DNA from: Octopus vulgaris
Taxonomy: Eukaryota
NCBI GenBank assembly: GCA_951406725.2
Contig: OX597819.1
Location: 39,060,001-39,124,000, forward strand
DNA: 64,000 nt
Direction of reading: 5' to 3'
The translations under genes and the position numbers were made by a program. Below, in pieces: positions 38,961-52,240 of the stretch (the first letter of the stretch is position 1; each line of letters begins with the position of its first letter). Under the pieces are notes generated by a model that searched no databases, was not told where the DNA came from, and saw only the letters and a list, made by a program, of their open reading frames with translations.

Positions 38961-39471
38961 GTACAACCTGTTGCAATGTCGGGTCGTCGCCGACTAAACC
39001 GGCAACCCCACCAAGCTTGCTTGGTGAGGAGGGTGTTTATTGGACGCCCTGCGGGAGGAAAAAAAACCCGTCAAAGGGCGGAGGAACTCTTGAGAGTCAA
39101 CGGCCATCCAATAAATGTCTTAAGGTTGTATCATGCGCGGGACATAGAAATAATCGGACTGAATACCCGATCGCGCGTTTAAACCATTGGGAGTGAAGGA
39201 CTCCTAACCTTTGTTACGGCATCCTTCTAGGAGAAGGTAACTCAGGTAACTGGGATAACTCTGACATTAAAACTTGCGGCTCAGTGGTTACCGATGATGT
39301 TGACTTGTTCTTCTTTTCGGATTATGGCTGCTGTTGCTTAGTGAGTGGGATTGACTCAGTGCACAGCCTTTCCTCACTTTAAAAAAAATTTTCTTGCACA
39401 GGCATTGCACGATAACAACATTGATTAAACTACGTGCAATGGCCATACTCGATAACGAGGGGGCAGCCACC
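38961..39471 (+). mobile_element. Non-coding RTE-derived element, copy 2 (5'-truncated)
   Basis: Direct repeat of 37112-37617, embedded in (ATGT)n. Confidence 0.7.
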
Positions 39472-39629
39472 ATGTATGTATGTACTTGCGTATGTATGTT
39501 CGCAACATTGCATATTATGTATGATATCACAGGATTTTTAGAACAAATTTAGGCCTGAAAATAAAGGCGTATCATATACATAGCATCATATTATTTATTT
39601 ATTGCTATAATATATCATAGTAGGTTATC

Positions 39630-39930
39630 ACTGTATTATAGTATCGACCAGACTATCGGGTTTTGTTATACACTGCTGATCACAATGCACTTCTTCGCGT
39701 TATTGTAGTTTTCGAATGATGCCACCCCACTGGCTAGGTAGGTTGGCCAACATCCCCTCTGAATGGAACGCTAGTTCGTCGCAGGGTCATACATTTGCAA
39801 TCGAATGGAATGGAAAAACGCGAAATGAAGTAATTTGCTCAAGGACTTTACGCACCTTCGATCTGGAAATCGAAATTACGATTTTACGATCGTATGTACA
39901 GCATCCTAATCACTAGGCCACGCATCTTCA
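39630..39930 (-). mobile_element. Diverged SINE (A-like head, type 2-like tail)
   Basis: GTGGCCTAGTG head, TCCTTGAGCAA body, GGGGTGGCATCATT tail. Confidence 0.5.
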
Positions 39931-39967
39931 CATCATTTATGTGTTGTGTATGTGTGTGTGTGTGTGT

Positions 39968-40179
39968 TTACTCTTTTACTCTTTTGTTTGTTTCAGTCAT
40001 TTGACTGTGGCCATGCTGGAGCACCGCCTTTAGTCGAGCAAATCAACCCCATGACTTATTCTTTGTAAGCCTAGTACTTATTTTATCGGTCTCTTTTGCC
40101 GAACCGCTAAGTTACGGGGACGTAAACACACCAGCATCGGTTGTCAGGCGATGTTGGGGGGACAAACAGAGACACACAA

Positions 40180-40265
<86 letters not shown>

Positions 40266-40405
40266 GCGACAGGCTTCTTTCAGTTTCCGTCTACCAAATC
40301 CACTCACAAGGCTTTGGTCGGCCCGAGGCTATAGTAGAAGACACTTGCCCAAGGTGCCACACAGTGGAACTGAACCCAGAACCATGTGGTTCGTAAGCAG
40401 GCTAC
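39968..40405 (-). mobile_element. SINE family D
   Basis: Family D motifs. Confidence 0.88.
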
Positions 40406-40742
40406 TTTATTTCATAAATATTTGCCATGAAGAGAGGGCGAACAAGAACAGACAAACATAAAAGGGTGAAGTAGCTGTAGCGATTAAATATTTACAATTT
40501 AAAGTATACAATAATTTAATAAATATGTTTATAACTTTTGACTTAAGCGTTGCTCATTACAAATGAAATTTGTAATAGCTTCTCCTGCATTTTCTTTCCT
40601 GTTTTTGGTTTCCACTTACCTGGTGCCAAACACTCCCAGCTACCTTGCCACAGGCTTCCATCTTCTGATGAATCTGTCTCGTGACAGGTACCTTTTCTCC
40701 AGCCTGATCTTATTACTGAGGTGGTAACTAAAAAAGCTAACC

Positions 40743-41602
40743 AACATCATTTTTTCTTGGCTTTATTGAGAAAATTCTATAGTTTGTAAGATATTTCGTC
40801 TGAAATTTCGAGCATTTCGGCAATTTTAACCAATCGCTCACCTCCATTTGGTGTGAAAAGATTCCGTGCTGTATGAATATATCCCTTGTTTAAGAAACAG
40901 ATTGGGTTTATTTACATTTGCGAAGAAAAAAAGATACCCTTCCCCCATCCCTAACCCTAACCCTAATCCTAAAATAGATTGAAATGTAATATATCGATAC
41001 TAGGGTTATAATTATGGGTGACAATTTCATACGACACCGCTACGGAAAATGGGATATTTTTCTAGCGGTGTCAAATGAAAATGTCACCCATAATTATAAC
41101 CCTAGTATCGATCTATTGCATTTCAATCTATTTTAGGATAAGGGTTAGGGTTAGGGGTAGGGGAAGGGTATATTTCTTTTTTCGCAAATGTAAATAAACC
41201 CAATCTGTTTCTTAAACAAGGGACATATTCATACAGCACGGAATCTTTTCACCCCAAATGGAAGTGAGCGATTGGTTAAAATTGCCGAAATGCTCGATTT
41301 TAAAGTGGAAATATGTTACAACATATAGAATTTTCTCAATAAAGCCAAGAAAAAATGATGTTTTATAAATACATTCTACCAGTATACGAAGTTTCAAAGT
41401 GTTTAGTTAACTAGAAATTGTGTTGACATGTGCCGTTCAAAAGGAAAAGATCCCTACGTTAAACAAACGAATTACAATTTTATCAAGAAAGCCAAGAGAA
41501 AAAAATGTTTTATTTTGACACATTCTACCAGTATACGAAGTTTTAAAGTGTTTAGTTAACTAGAAATTGTGTTGACATGTGCCGTTCAAAAGGAAAAGAT
41601 CC
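40743..41602. mobile_element. Inverted pair of CCCTAA-MITE copies plus a duplicated end
   Basis: 40743-41049 is inverted at 41056-41362. TIR ends GATCC at 41453 and 41602. Confidence 0.85.
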
Positions 41603-42546
41603 CAAAACGTTCGACTCACCGCCAAAAAAAACACGTCTGTCTACGACAGAAGTAAGCAAGCTACTTACCACACAGCCACTCCTACGCTTATAAAAATTTT
41701 AGCACTCAGAGGTTGGTAAATTTATTTCTGTTTATGTCTCGGAATCCAGTACTTCGGTAAATTTTGACAGAAGTAATAAGTAACAGTCTGAAATAAGTGC
41801 TCTGATCACCAAAGGGTTATGAGATTGTCGAAATTCCTTCAAAGAAGTGCGCCTCGAGGGCTGCAGTCACATGACTGAATCTAGTAAAAAGAAATATTAA
41901 ATCTTGCTATTATTTCCCAAATCATGCAAACAGAAACTATTTCGTTAATCTTCTTTTAATCTATTTCGTAAATCGGTTCATATCGGTTTTCTGCTTTAGA
42001 AATGATATAATTATTATTAACGCTGTCACATAATTGAAGCCTAGGTCTTGAGAATCGCTTGTACCACTATCATGACAACGACTCGTTAATTCTCTTTCAA
42101 TAATTCATCCATCCGTTCTTTGAAGAGTAGCAGAGGTGTAGAGGCTTGAGACATTCCTCCATAGGGTCCTTTAAAGAATAACCGTCATTAGACTTCCCGG
42201 TTGGATTTTCAAATGCAATGAAAAGAGACTATGTATATTATCTAAACATCTCGTTCTTGATCAGCCCCTAAGCCCTCTGCCAATTGGATCGGCTTGAAGA
42301 ATCTGTCTTGTAATTCTTTCCTACGACATTCTAATTACATGTCCGGAGTATCAGAGCTGTGACCTTTCAATACGGAAAAGTAGCGGCTCGACCGGGAGAA
42401 AGACTCCTTGATCTCCGAGGTACGTACCTGAAATTAACGTTAATCTAGAGATCCATACGGAGGAACCCCATTTCAAATCATTGGGGTTCCAATAATCCAT
42501 TTATTGTATTTAATGGCTTGTAAGGTACACAAACGTATATATATAA

Positions 42547-42700
42547 GTGGCTGTGTGGTAAATAGCTTGCTTACCAACCACATGGTTCCGGGTTCAATCC
42601 CACTGCGGGGCACCTTGGGGCGAGTGTATTCTACTATAGCCTCGGGCTGACCAAAGCTTTGTGAGTGGATTTGGTAGACGGAAACTGAAAAAAGCCCGTC

Positions 42701-42743
<43 letters not shown>

Positions 42744-43338
42744 TTTATATGTTTGTGTGTATGATTTGTTCCTCCAACATCGCTTGACAACCGATGCTGG
42801 TGTGTTTACGTTCTCGTCACTTAGTGGTTCGGCAAGAGAGACCCATAGAATAAGTACTAGGCTTACAAAGAATAAGTTCTGGGGTCGATTTTCTTGACTA
42901 AAGGCGGTGCTCTAGCATGGCTGCAGTCAAATGACTGAAACAAGTAAAAGGGTAAAAGGATATATATATATGCTTACCAACCACATGGTTCCGGGTTCAA
43001 TCCTAATGCGTGGCACCTTGGGGCGAGTGTCTTCTACTATAGCCTCGAGCCGACCAAAGCCTTGTGAGTGGATTTGGTAGACGGAAACTGAAAGAAGCCC
43101 GTCGTATATATATATATATGCATGTATATGTTTGTGTGTATGATTTGTTCCTCCAACATCGCTTGGCAACCGATGCTGGTGTGTTTACGTCCTCTTCACT
43201 TAGCGGTTCGGCAAGAGAGCCCGATAGAATAAGTACTAGGCTTACAAAGAATAAGTCCAGGGGTCGATTTGCTCGACTAAAGGCGGTGCTCTAGCATGGC
43301 CGCAGTCAAATGACTGAAACAAGTAAAAGGGTAAAAGG
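42547..43338 (+). mobile_element. Tandem pair of SINE family D
   Basis: 42547-42958 and 42971-43338 share rare variants (TGATTTGTTCCTCCAAC, GTAAAAGGGTAAAAGG). Confidence 0.88.
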
Positions 43339-43829
43339 ATATATATATATATATTCAGGCCTATTCCTCATTTTTTTTCTTTTTGGTAGCCACGATAAGA
43401 CACACACCTGGCATTCCATTCATTTTCTAGCACAATATGAATGTTTAATGTTTCATTTTTGTATAAAATATATTGATATATATATATAAAAAAAACTAAT
43501 GTACAAAATAACGCTTTAGTGCATTTTATTTCCTTAATAAAATATTATGTGCCGTATACACTCCAAATTTTAGTCTTGGTTTTGGTGTGTGGTGGCCCGG
43601 GAAAATGTGCATTACGAGAGTTTTGCGCTAACTTAACGATAGCGAAATTGCAATATCTAGTTAACATCCTAAATTATCTTCATCAGTGAACATAATTAAT
43701 ATTCCAGGCACGATTTGGTCTATTTACTAGAACTGGTTCACTCTCTATCTTTTTGAAATGCTAAATAATTAAAGAATCTGGACAGAGACTGTCTGATATT
43801 TATTATTATTCATGTATTTATTTATTTAT

Positions 43830-44237
43830 TTATTTACTCTTTTACTCTTTACTCTTTTACTTGTTTCAGTCATTTGACTGCGGCCATGCTGGAGCACCGC
43901 CTTTAGTCGAGCAAATCGACCCCAGGACTTATTCTTTGTAAGCCCAGTACTTATACTATCGGTCTCTTTTGCCGAACCGCTAAGTGACGGGGACGTAAAC
44001 ACACCAGCATCGATTGTCAAGCAATGCTAGGGGGGACAAACACAGACACACACACAAATATATATACATATATACGACAGGCTTCTTTCAGTTTCCGTCT
44101 ACCAAATCCACTCACAAGGCATTGGTCGGCCCGGGGCTATAGTAGAAGACACTTGCCCAAGATGCCACGCAGTGGGACTGAACCCGGAACCATGTGGTTG
44201 GTAAACAAGCTACTTACCACACAGCCACTCCTGCACC
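43830..44237 (-). mobile_element. SINE family D inserted in (TTTA)n
   Basis: Full-length family D. Confidence 0.9.
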
Positions 44238-45326
44238 TATATTTATTTATTTATTTATTTATTTATATCACAATTGGTGAACGAATGTGTTGGTGTCTGC
44301 GACTCGATATTCAACAAATGGGATCTTTTCGGTTTGAACGGCAGTTTTTCCTAGCGGTGTCATATAAAATTAGCCTGTAATAATGATATAGGAAAATTAA
44401 ATCCAACAGTTTGCAACTCTGATATAGAGAAATTGACCTAGGGTTTTAAATACATCATACCATCTGGAAGAGGAAAGGCATAGGAGAATGTAACCTTATA
44501 CCCGAACACAAAGACGGTGATAACTATACATTTACATGATGAGCGCTGATTTGTTGCTAAAATGTAATAATAATAATACCCGCAGCTATAGTTCTATATA
44601 TTGACAAACAAGAAACGAAAGACACGGCAGCTTTTGGCTAAAAATAATTGCTAAAATCCATATTTTGTTCCTGTTAAGCAAAAAAAACAGGCATCAGGGC
44701 TGTTCTGTGGTTAAAACAACTAAGTCTCTCTGAATCAACACTACCACCCAATCCCAATTTACTATAAATAGAAAAATCAAAAATAAAGTTCAAAATCTCG
44801 CAATAAACTTGATGAAGGGCAAAAGCAAATCTAGAAGAAACTGCTTCGTCGTTTCATCTGCTAGAAGTAACATTAAAATTATCTCAAAACACAGAGTATC
44901 AAAGTATCATTATGTACACATTAGTCGGAGTGGTGTCCTCATTTTGGTTCTTGTTTTTCACTATGTTTGATATGTATGCTCTAGCCTTCTTCGTGTGTCT
45001 TGTGGTTCACCTTAGTGCCTTGCCTGAGATTGAACTCTGAACCGGCTCCGTACAGATTGGATAATACAATACTATATTTTTGAGATGAGGAATTTATTGG
45101 GTTGTCCGGAAAGTTCGTGCCGATTTTTAAAGGAAAGAAAAAGGTCAATAAATACTTGCCATTACATTTTTAATCACAAATACGAACCATTTGGTTATCA
45201 TTTTTTCATGTAACAATTCATCCTTCATAAATTTAATTATAATGTTCTATGTCCCCATGTCTTGTAATGTCCCCTCTTCGTCGCCCCTAGTGGGTAATAA
45301 AGAAAGAAATAAAATACGAACCATTT

Positions 45327-47034
45327 GGTCGGTTGTTTTTTTCGGCTCGTGAAAATTTGTAAAAAAGAACAAAAAGTGAGTGGGAAAATTGTTGTTGTTG
45401 TGGAAATTTTGAACGTCGTTGATGCGGTTTCGCGTTTCGCTGGTTCTGCGCGTTACACTTTTTCTGTTCGGGCGGCCGTTTTCGGCCTGTCAGACAGAGG
45501 GAAATGGACGACCACTCCCTGGTGGAGGAGTCGGAGGAGGAATGGATATTTGAGAACTTGTCGGAGACATCGACCTCTGAAGACGAACAAATCGGTGATG
45601 TAAATAATGTGGAGATAAAAAACAGGAAAACGTACGCAGGAGTTGCAAAAAAGAAGACGGCACAGGAAAAGGAAATAAACCTAGAAAAATTGCCAGGTTT
45701 CCAGAGGTATATGAGGAAGGACAGCGGTGAGGTCGAACTGGCACCACCACCAAAGAGAAAGGAATGGTACGAGAAAAGGACCATCATATACAGGGTGTTC
45801 GCAAGCGAAAAGAAAAAGATAGAAGTGGTGAATATGGAGTGGATAAATGAGGCGCTAAGAAGAACAGAAGAGGAAATCGAATTTCTTGCGAGAGGTTCAA
45901 AATATGGTACTGTAGTAGTACAGTTCAAAAGTGAGAAGGCAGCAAGGAAGATGGCGGCGAAGGCGGTGAAATCCGAGAAGGTAATACTTTTGCCTACGTA
46001 TCTAAATAGAAAAATTACTAGAGTAAGGGTCGAGGGAGTGCCCCCAAACGTTGAGGCCGAGTGGATAGTGGCGGCTGTGATTAGCGGCCACGAGGAGGAA
46101 GTAGACATCCTCCATGCCTCGGTTAAGACCGAGGACTGGAGAGGCGTGACAGTGGAACTGAATGTGCAGGCAAAGAACGAGGTACTGGTGGACCTAACAG
46201 AAAATATCAGATTGGGAGACGTGATCATGAGAGTGTGGATGGAGGGCAGGGCGCCCAGGTGCTATAAGTGTGGCCTGAGGGGTCACATAAGAGCCTACTG
46301 CCCTCCCACACCAAAGGAAAAGGAAATCGTTGCGGAACCCCCAAAGGAGGAAGAAACTAAAGAGGAAGAGAACCAAGCAGAAAAGGAAATGACAGAAGAG
46401 GAGATCCAGTAAGAGTGGAAAGAAGGAAGGAAAAAAAGAAAGAGAAGAAGGAGAAAAGCAAACAGTGCGGAACCCAAATCCACCCCAACACCACCCGCAC
46501 CCTCTGAATCCCACCCTTCCCCTGCAGACAGTGAACCCACCTGCTCCCCTCCAACAAGAAAACAAAAAAAAATTAATACAGACAGACAAGAGACTGAAAT
46601 CGAACCCAAGCCGAACATTTGTATTATGACAGAACAGAAAGAGGTTAAAAGGGTAATGGAAGGGTATACATGGTGCGATTCAGGTGTGACCAGGTGTGCA
46701 GTGATTGAAAAGGAGAGAATAGATGAGTTTATGAGAAGGTGCGAAAGGGAGAATTGGGAGGTGGAAGAGATGAGTCTGAGTGATGAATCCTTGAAAAATA
46801 TGGAGAATCGTTTTGAAGTGAGAATGGAGAATATCGGTTTTATTATTGGAAATTGGAGTGACGGCGAAAACCAAAGGACAGGTAAGTGATGCTAACGGAT
46901 GGGGCCTTTAGCATCGCTTTCATATTATCATTTTTTCATGTAATAATTCATTCTTCATAAATTTAATTATAATGTTCTATGTCCCCATGTCTTGTGGTGT
47001 CCCTTCTATGTCGCTCCTAGTGGGTAATAAAGAA
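45327..47034 (+). mobile_element. ORF1-only (HAL1-like) L1/Tx1-type retroelement
   Basis: 5' UTR, ORF1, T-rich 3' UTR, AATAAAGAA end. Flanked by AAATACGAACCATTT. No ORF2. Confidence 0.75.
45504..46889 (+). CDS. ORF1/gag-like nucleic-acid-binding protein with CCHC zinc knuckle; single in-frame TAA at 46410-46412
   Basis: CYKCGLRGHIRAYC (CX2CX4HX4C) after an RRM-like region. ORFs 45504-46412 and 46626-46889 are in the same frame with no other stop. Confidence 0.8.
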
Positions 47035-49526
47035 TCACCAAATACGAACCATTTTGTTGCACAATGCGTCCCCATCTTTCCTTTAACTTGAAAATGCCCA
47101 CTTCCCAGAACTGAGGTGCCTTGGAGGTTAAGTCGAAAAGTAAGCTACTATAAAATCGGCACGAACTTTCCGGACTGCCCAATATATTATGTACACTGTT
47201 GGAGTGGTGAAGTATAGTACTGTACAAGCTATCATTTTCAAAAGAGAAAACAATGTATAATGTAATCACACATATTTAGAACAAAGTTTAAAGAGATGGC
47301 CACGGTTTAAGTCTAACATTGCTCAATAAGGACTAGTCTGGGGTTAAACTTTATCAACTAGTACACATATATCAAACAGTCTAGTTACATTCATTTGTCG
47401 ACTGCTTCAGGGTCAATTTAGCTGGTTGACTTAATCTGTCACCAGATTAAATAGATACCTGTGTGGTCTTCACATAATTCGCTCGCTAAAACAATGTAAT
47501 TACAATAAGACAAGTCTGTCTTAGTGCATCCTGGCGTAAACGGACTTATTCACACATGCATGTTCTCTCTGTGTAAGCATAAGGGATTAAGTAAGATGTG
47601 CCTATTGTATAAATGTACTTAACGTACTGAATGTAGAGTTAATATATGTATTTTTGCTTTGTTACTATTAGATTCAAGAGCACCAAGTTAAAGTATCTGT
47701 CATTAGAAACAGGTTGATATCTCACCGGCGTTGACCCTCAACTAACACATATGTTATGGCTACAAAGGATATATTCCTTACTCGGAGCATTCTGAGGAAA
47801 CATTTAGATGACATTTTTTTTAAATAACATGATTTATGGTAAGAGATTACTTGGGAATGAAATTAAATTCAGCCCTCTAATATTAGATAACAATGTTTCA
47901 ATTCCAGAATAAAACATGAACGATAGAAAGTTAAAAGATATGGAAATGGTTGGAAAAGTTACAAGTAGAAGTAAAATAAAAAAAAGCACTTTTTAAAAAA
48001 TTCTGCATCCATTTCATTACTACTCAAAACCGCTTGAATACAATATCAAATTCAAGAAACTGTGTCCAGTTACTTAATATGAATTTCTCTATATGTTTAT
48101 ATTTACCGGATGTTTCTGATTTAGCACTTAAATAGGTTTTCGAATATGTGTTTTTTTTCCTTCTTTTTTTTTGCTTTTTCTATCCTTCTTTTATCTTTCA
48201 ATTTTCTTTCATTTTTATTTTCACTCAAATTTTCCTTTTCTTTTATTAACTCAGTATTTGCGTGAAGCCAGACGAGACGAATTTTTTTAAAAAGCAGTTA
48301 CAAATCTAAAAAGCCTGCAGAAATTTCCAACTGTCGGCACGAAACAGGAAAATATTTTTCTTTTCGCACAATACAGCTTTACGACATTATGTGTTCAAAT
48401 CACGAATAAATATTAATGATTACGTTTGCATAAGATCGCAAATCAATAAATGAGGCTATTGTTTAACCCCACGTCTTCTCTGATTAAGACGATCTATGAT
48501 CAAATGCAGACCAACTGTAAACATCTAATTGTTTATTAAAAAATGGTGCGTCCATATTTACATTATCTCATGTGTCCTTTACATTATATGATGGCAGAGT
48601 TTGATTTGAGAGTAATCTGGCTATATTTCAAGTGGGTCGAGCGGAGACTACTTCGTTGTCGTAGTAATGAGCAGTTGTTTTCTTCTTTCTTTTTTATCAT
48701 ATACAACTGTACGTATCTCTTTTTACAACAGCTGAATTAGTCTCAAAATTATCTAGCAGTCCTAAAAAGTTACCATAAAGTAAACATGCGCATATTTTCG
48801 TCACATCATTATATTCGAAATTTATTATTTCCGTTGATTTATTTCGATTAGACCAGTGCCTCTCAAAGTAGGTTGTACAGCTCCCTGAAGAGCGGGGGAA
48901 ATTTTTTTATATGATTACTGGTGGAGGGGAACAAAGAGCGCGGTAGGGCAAGAGATGCATCTGTGCATGTTTTTTTAAAATTTTTAGTCTTTGTTTTCTA
49001 TTTAAATATTGATCTAAAACTTTTAGGGAAATGTTATGATAGATTATAGGCAAGCCACAATCACAACCACGGCACTAATAGTAAGAACACAAACAGCAGT
49101 AACAACGACATCAACAATAATAACAGGCTTTGAAATGTGAATAAGTAAATAAACGGAACCGATGATATACGTACGTCCTAAGCATATAATTTATAAGCAA
49201 TAAGCAAAAGTATAATTTAAATGACATTCTCAAATTTTGCTGGTTTTGTACGTGCAATAAAGGCAGCCACCACACCTCTAATGATAAGTAACTTCCTGAA
49301 CGTGTGTGTGTGTATGTGTGTGTGTGTGTGTGTGCGTGCTTGCGTGCGTGTGCATGTACGTATGTGCGTAGGTGTAGTGTATTTAATTTTGCAGAATCGT
49401 TACAAGAAGGCAATGAAAGAGTTTGTAAAAGAAAGGTGGTAATAATGAAAAAATGAGCGAAGCATTAGATGAGACGAAACTTAAGATTTCAGAGAGAAAA
49501 AAAAATGATCCCACCAATTGAGTTTG

Positions 49527-49961
49527 GGATCTTTTCGGTTTGAACGGCAGTTTTTAACATAATTTCTACGTAACTAAAAAATTTTGAACTTCGTATACTG
49601 GTAGAATGTGTTTATAAAACATCTTTTTCTCTTGGCTTTATTGAGAAAATTCTATAGTTTGTAAGATATTTGTTGTTTTTTTCTTCAATTCCTGCAATTT
49701 CAACTTATCACTGACGTCTATTGAGGTAAAAAAAGAACTTCTGTGCCGTATGAATATGTCCCTCGTTTAAGAAACAGATTGGGTTTATTTATATTTGTGA
49801 AGAAAAAAAGATACAATTCCCCCCATCCCTAACCCTAACCCTAACTAACACTAACCCTAAAACAGATTGAAATGCAATAGATCGATACTAGGGTCATAAT
49901 TATGGGTGACAATTTCATATGACACCGCTAGAGAAAACTGCCGTTCAAACCGAAAAGATCC
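49527..49961. mobile_element. MITE with GGATC TIRs, 8-bp TSD and internal (CCCTAA)n
   Basis: TSD TGAGTTTG at 49519-49526 and 49962-49969. Confidence 0.92.
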
Positions 49962-50229
49962 TGAGTTTGAACTAAATATCTGTCATTTGAAGAGCAACTG
50001 TACTAGCGTCGGCACCAAATATATTCTGCTCGATTAATCTGTCAAATTAGCACTTAAAACCATTTTACTGGATAAACTAACAATATTACTCCCCCTTATA
50101 TCGCATGAAGATCATAAACAACTTCATAGCCACCTCAACAGCCTTCGGACAAACTGTCCATCCATCTATTGCCGTCTAATACATTCCAGTATTACATGTG
50201 CATGTGCATGTAACTGAATGTGTCTGTGT

Positions 50230-50483
50230 ATCTAATTGTATGCATATGAAAATGTATGTATGTATGTACATGCAAGCACTCACATACAAATAAACATGCA
50301 GGCATGCATACATGCATACATACTTGCATACATACAGGCGGAGAGACAAGTTTATGTATGTACATACATACATACATATATACATATATATATACATACA
50401 TACATACACACATACATGCACACATACAGGCGGAGAGACAAATTTATGTATGAACATATATACATACATACACACATACATGC

Positions 50484-50538
<55 letters not shown>

Positions 50539-50730
50539 GTACATACATACATACATACATACATACATACATACATACATACAAACATATATATGCACAC
50601 ATATATATACATATACATAAATATGTATGCATACATACATACATACATACATACATACATACATACATACATACATACATACATACATACATACATACAC
50701 ACGCGCGCACACATACAGCATACATACATA
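50230..50730. repeat. Compound (TACA)/(TA) microsatellite with duplicated CATACAGGCGGAGAGACAA unit
   Basis: Direct inspection. Confidence 0.85.
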
Positions 50731-51756
50731 TTTTGGCTTTTTTGTTGTTTTTTTATTCTTGGCCCTTTGCTCGTGTTTCACTGTCAAAGGAGAAAAATAA
50801 AAGAAAATAAAAAGCGCACAAAAGAAACAGGAAATTGCAAAATGAAGTAAGATTTAAAAAGAAGAAAAAGAAAGATAAAGGATTATAACAGTTTTCATCT
50901 AATTTCACCGCACACCCAACTCTACTCCTCGATATTGCCCCCCTGAATTTAGAAGAAATCTCAGCGTTCGAAGTGCGATGTTTACAAACATAATAATGAA
51001 TTGTTTATTAGGAGAGCTAATTTTATTATCCATGTTAGAGCAGTGAATTGTCTGCCATTATAATTGGTCCCCACAACGATTTCTGTTGTGTTGGAAATTG
51101 GATCACTGGTCACGTAAGCATCTGATAAATCATGTTTGAACCAAAAAGGGAAGAAATAATTTGCTTTGGTATTATTTTCTTTCTGTTTAGGAAGAGAAAG
51201 ATTTTTTTTTTTTATCTAAAATGCATCAGAAGGATTTTTTTTTTTTTTCCCATTTTCCCTTTTCCTTTTTTTTTTTTTTTAATCTGATAACAACAGAATC
51301 CAGACGTCACAATAGCTGAATGGATAAAATTACCGTCTCTTGATTGAAGTATCGGCAATCTTTGTTTGATGTTTATTATTTGTAAGTAGATTTGAGAAAT
51401 AAGGAAGCGTGACGGCTTTGCGGTTGTAGTATTTGTTGTTGCTTAGCTTCAGATCAAATCTGAGCAAGCAAACCTATGATAAGTATTCCAGCCTTGACCA
51501 TCACGTCTTTTTAGAAGTATTAAGGTTAACATGGAGTTTACTGACGTAAAAAAAATGTGAAAGTAAATTGCCCTAACAAAATGAAAGTAAATGGTGACAG
51601 AAACTGGAAGTGACGACTGACATCTCATAATTTCATGTAACATACCCAACGTATAGAATGTACATGTATTTTTAAATAAGATGAAAACAATTATATTTAC
51701 CGGAAAACATACCAGTCATTGATGCATGAAATGAGATCATTAATAGTTTTACAGTA

Positions 51757-52240
51757 GAGGAGCAATGGCACAGTGGTTAGGGCAGCGGACTCGCGGTCGT
51801 AGGATTGCGGTTTCGATTCCCAGACTGGGCATTGTGAGTGTTTTTGAGCGAAAACACCTGAAGCTCCACGAGGCTCCGGCGGGGAGTAGTGGTGAACCCT
51901 GCTGTACTCTTTCACCACAACTTTCTCTCACTCTTTCTTCCTGATTCTATTGTACCTGTATTTCAAAGGGCCAGCCTTGTCACACTCTGTGTCACGCTGA
52001 ATCTCCCCGAGAACTACGTTAAGGGTACACGTGTCTGTGGAGTGCTCAGCGACTTGCACGTTAATAAATGAGCTGCGACGTCACTGGTGCCAAGCTGTAT
52101 CGGCCCCTTTGCCTTTCCCTTGGATAACATCGGTGGCATGTAGAGGGGAGGCTGGTATGCGTGAGCGACTGCTGGTCTTCTATAGACAACCTTGCCCGGA
52201 CTTGTGCCTAGGAGAGTAACTTTCTAGGTGCAATCTCATG
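51757..52240 (+). mobile_element. Chimeric SINE: family B 5' part joined to family A 3' part
   Basis: Switch at ...GCACGTTAAT|AAATGAGCTGCGACG (~52065). Confidence 0.8.

Larger units (their letters stand above)
45097..47182 (-). mobile_element. Internally deleted mariner element carrying a nested insertion
   Basis: TA|TTGGGTTGTCCGGAAAGTTCGTGCCGATTT ... AAATCGGCACGAACTTTCCGGACTGCCCAA|TA. Transposase C-terminus QFWEVGIFKLKERWGRIVQQNGSY. Confidence 0.88.

Noticed and set aside
45287-46228. 313-aa minus-strand ORF
   Set aside because: Antisense shadow of the purine-rich ORF1, with no motifs
45195-47034. LTR retrotransposon or TRIM interpretation of the ~110-bp direct repeats
   Set aside because: No TG...CA ends, PBS or PPT. 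The target sequence recurs between the first repeat and the element body, and both repeats end in AATAAA/A-rich tails.
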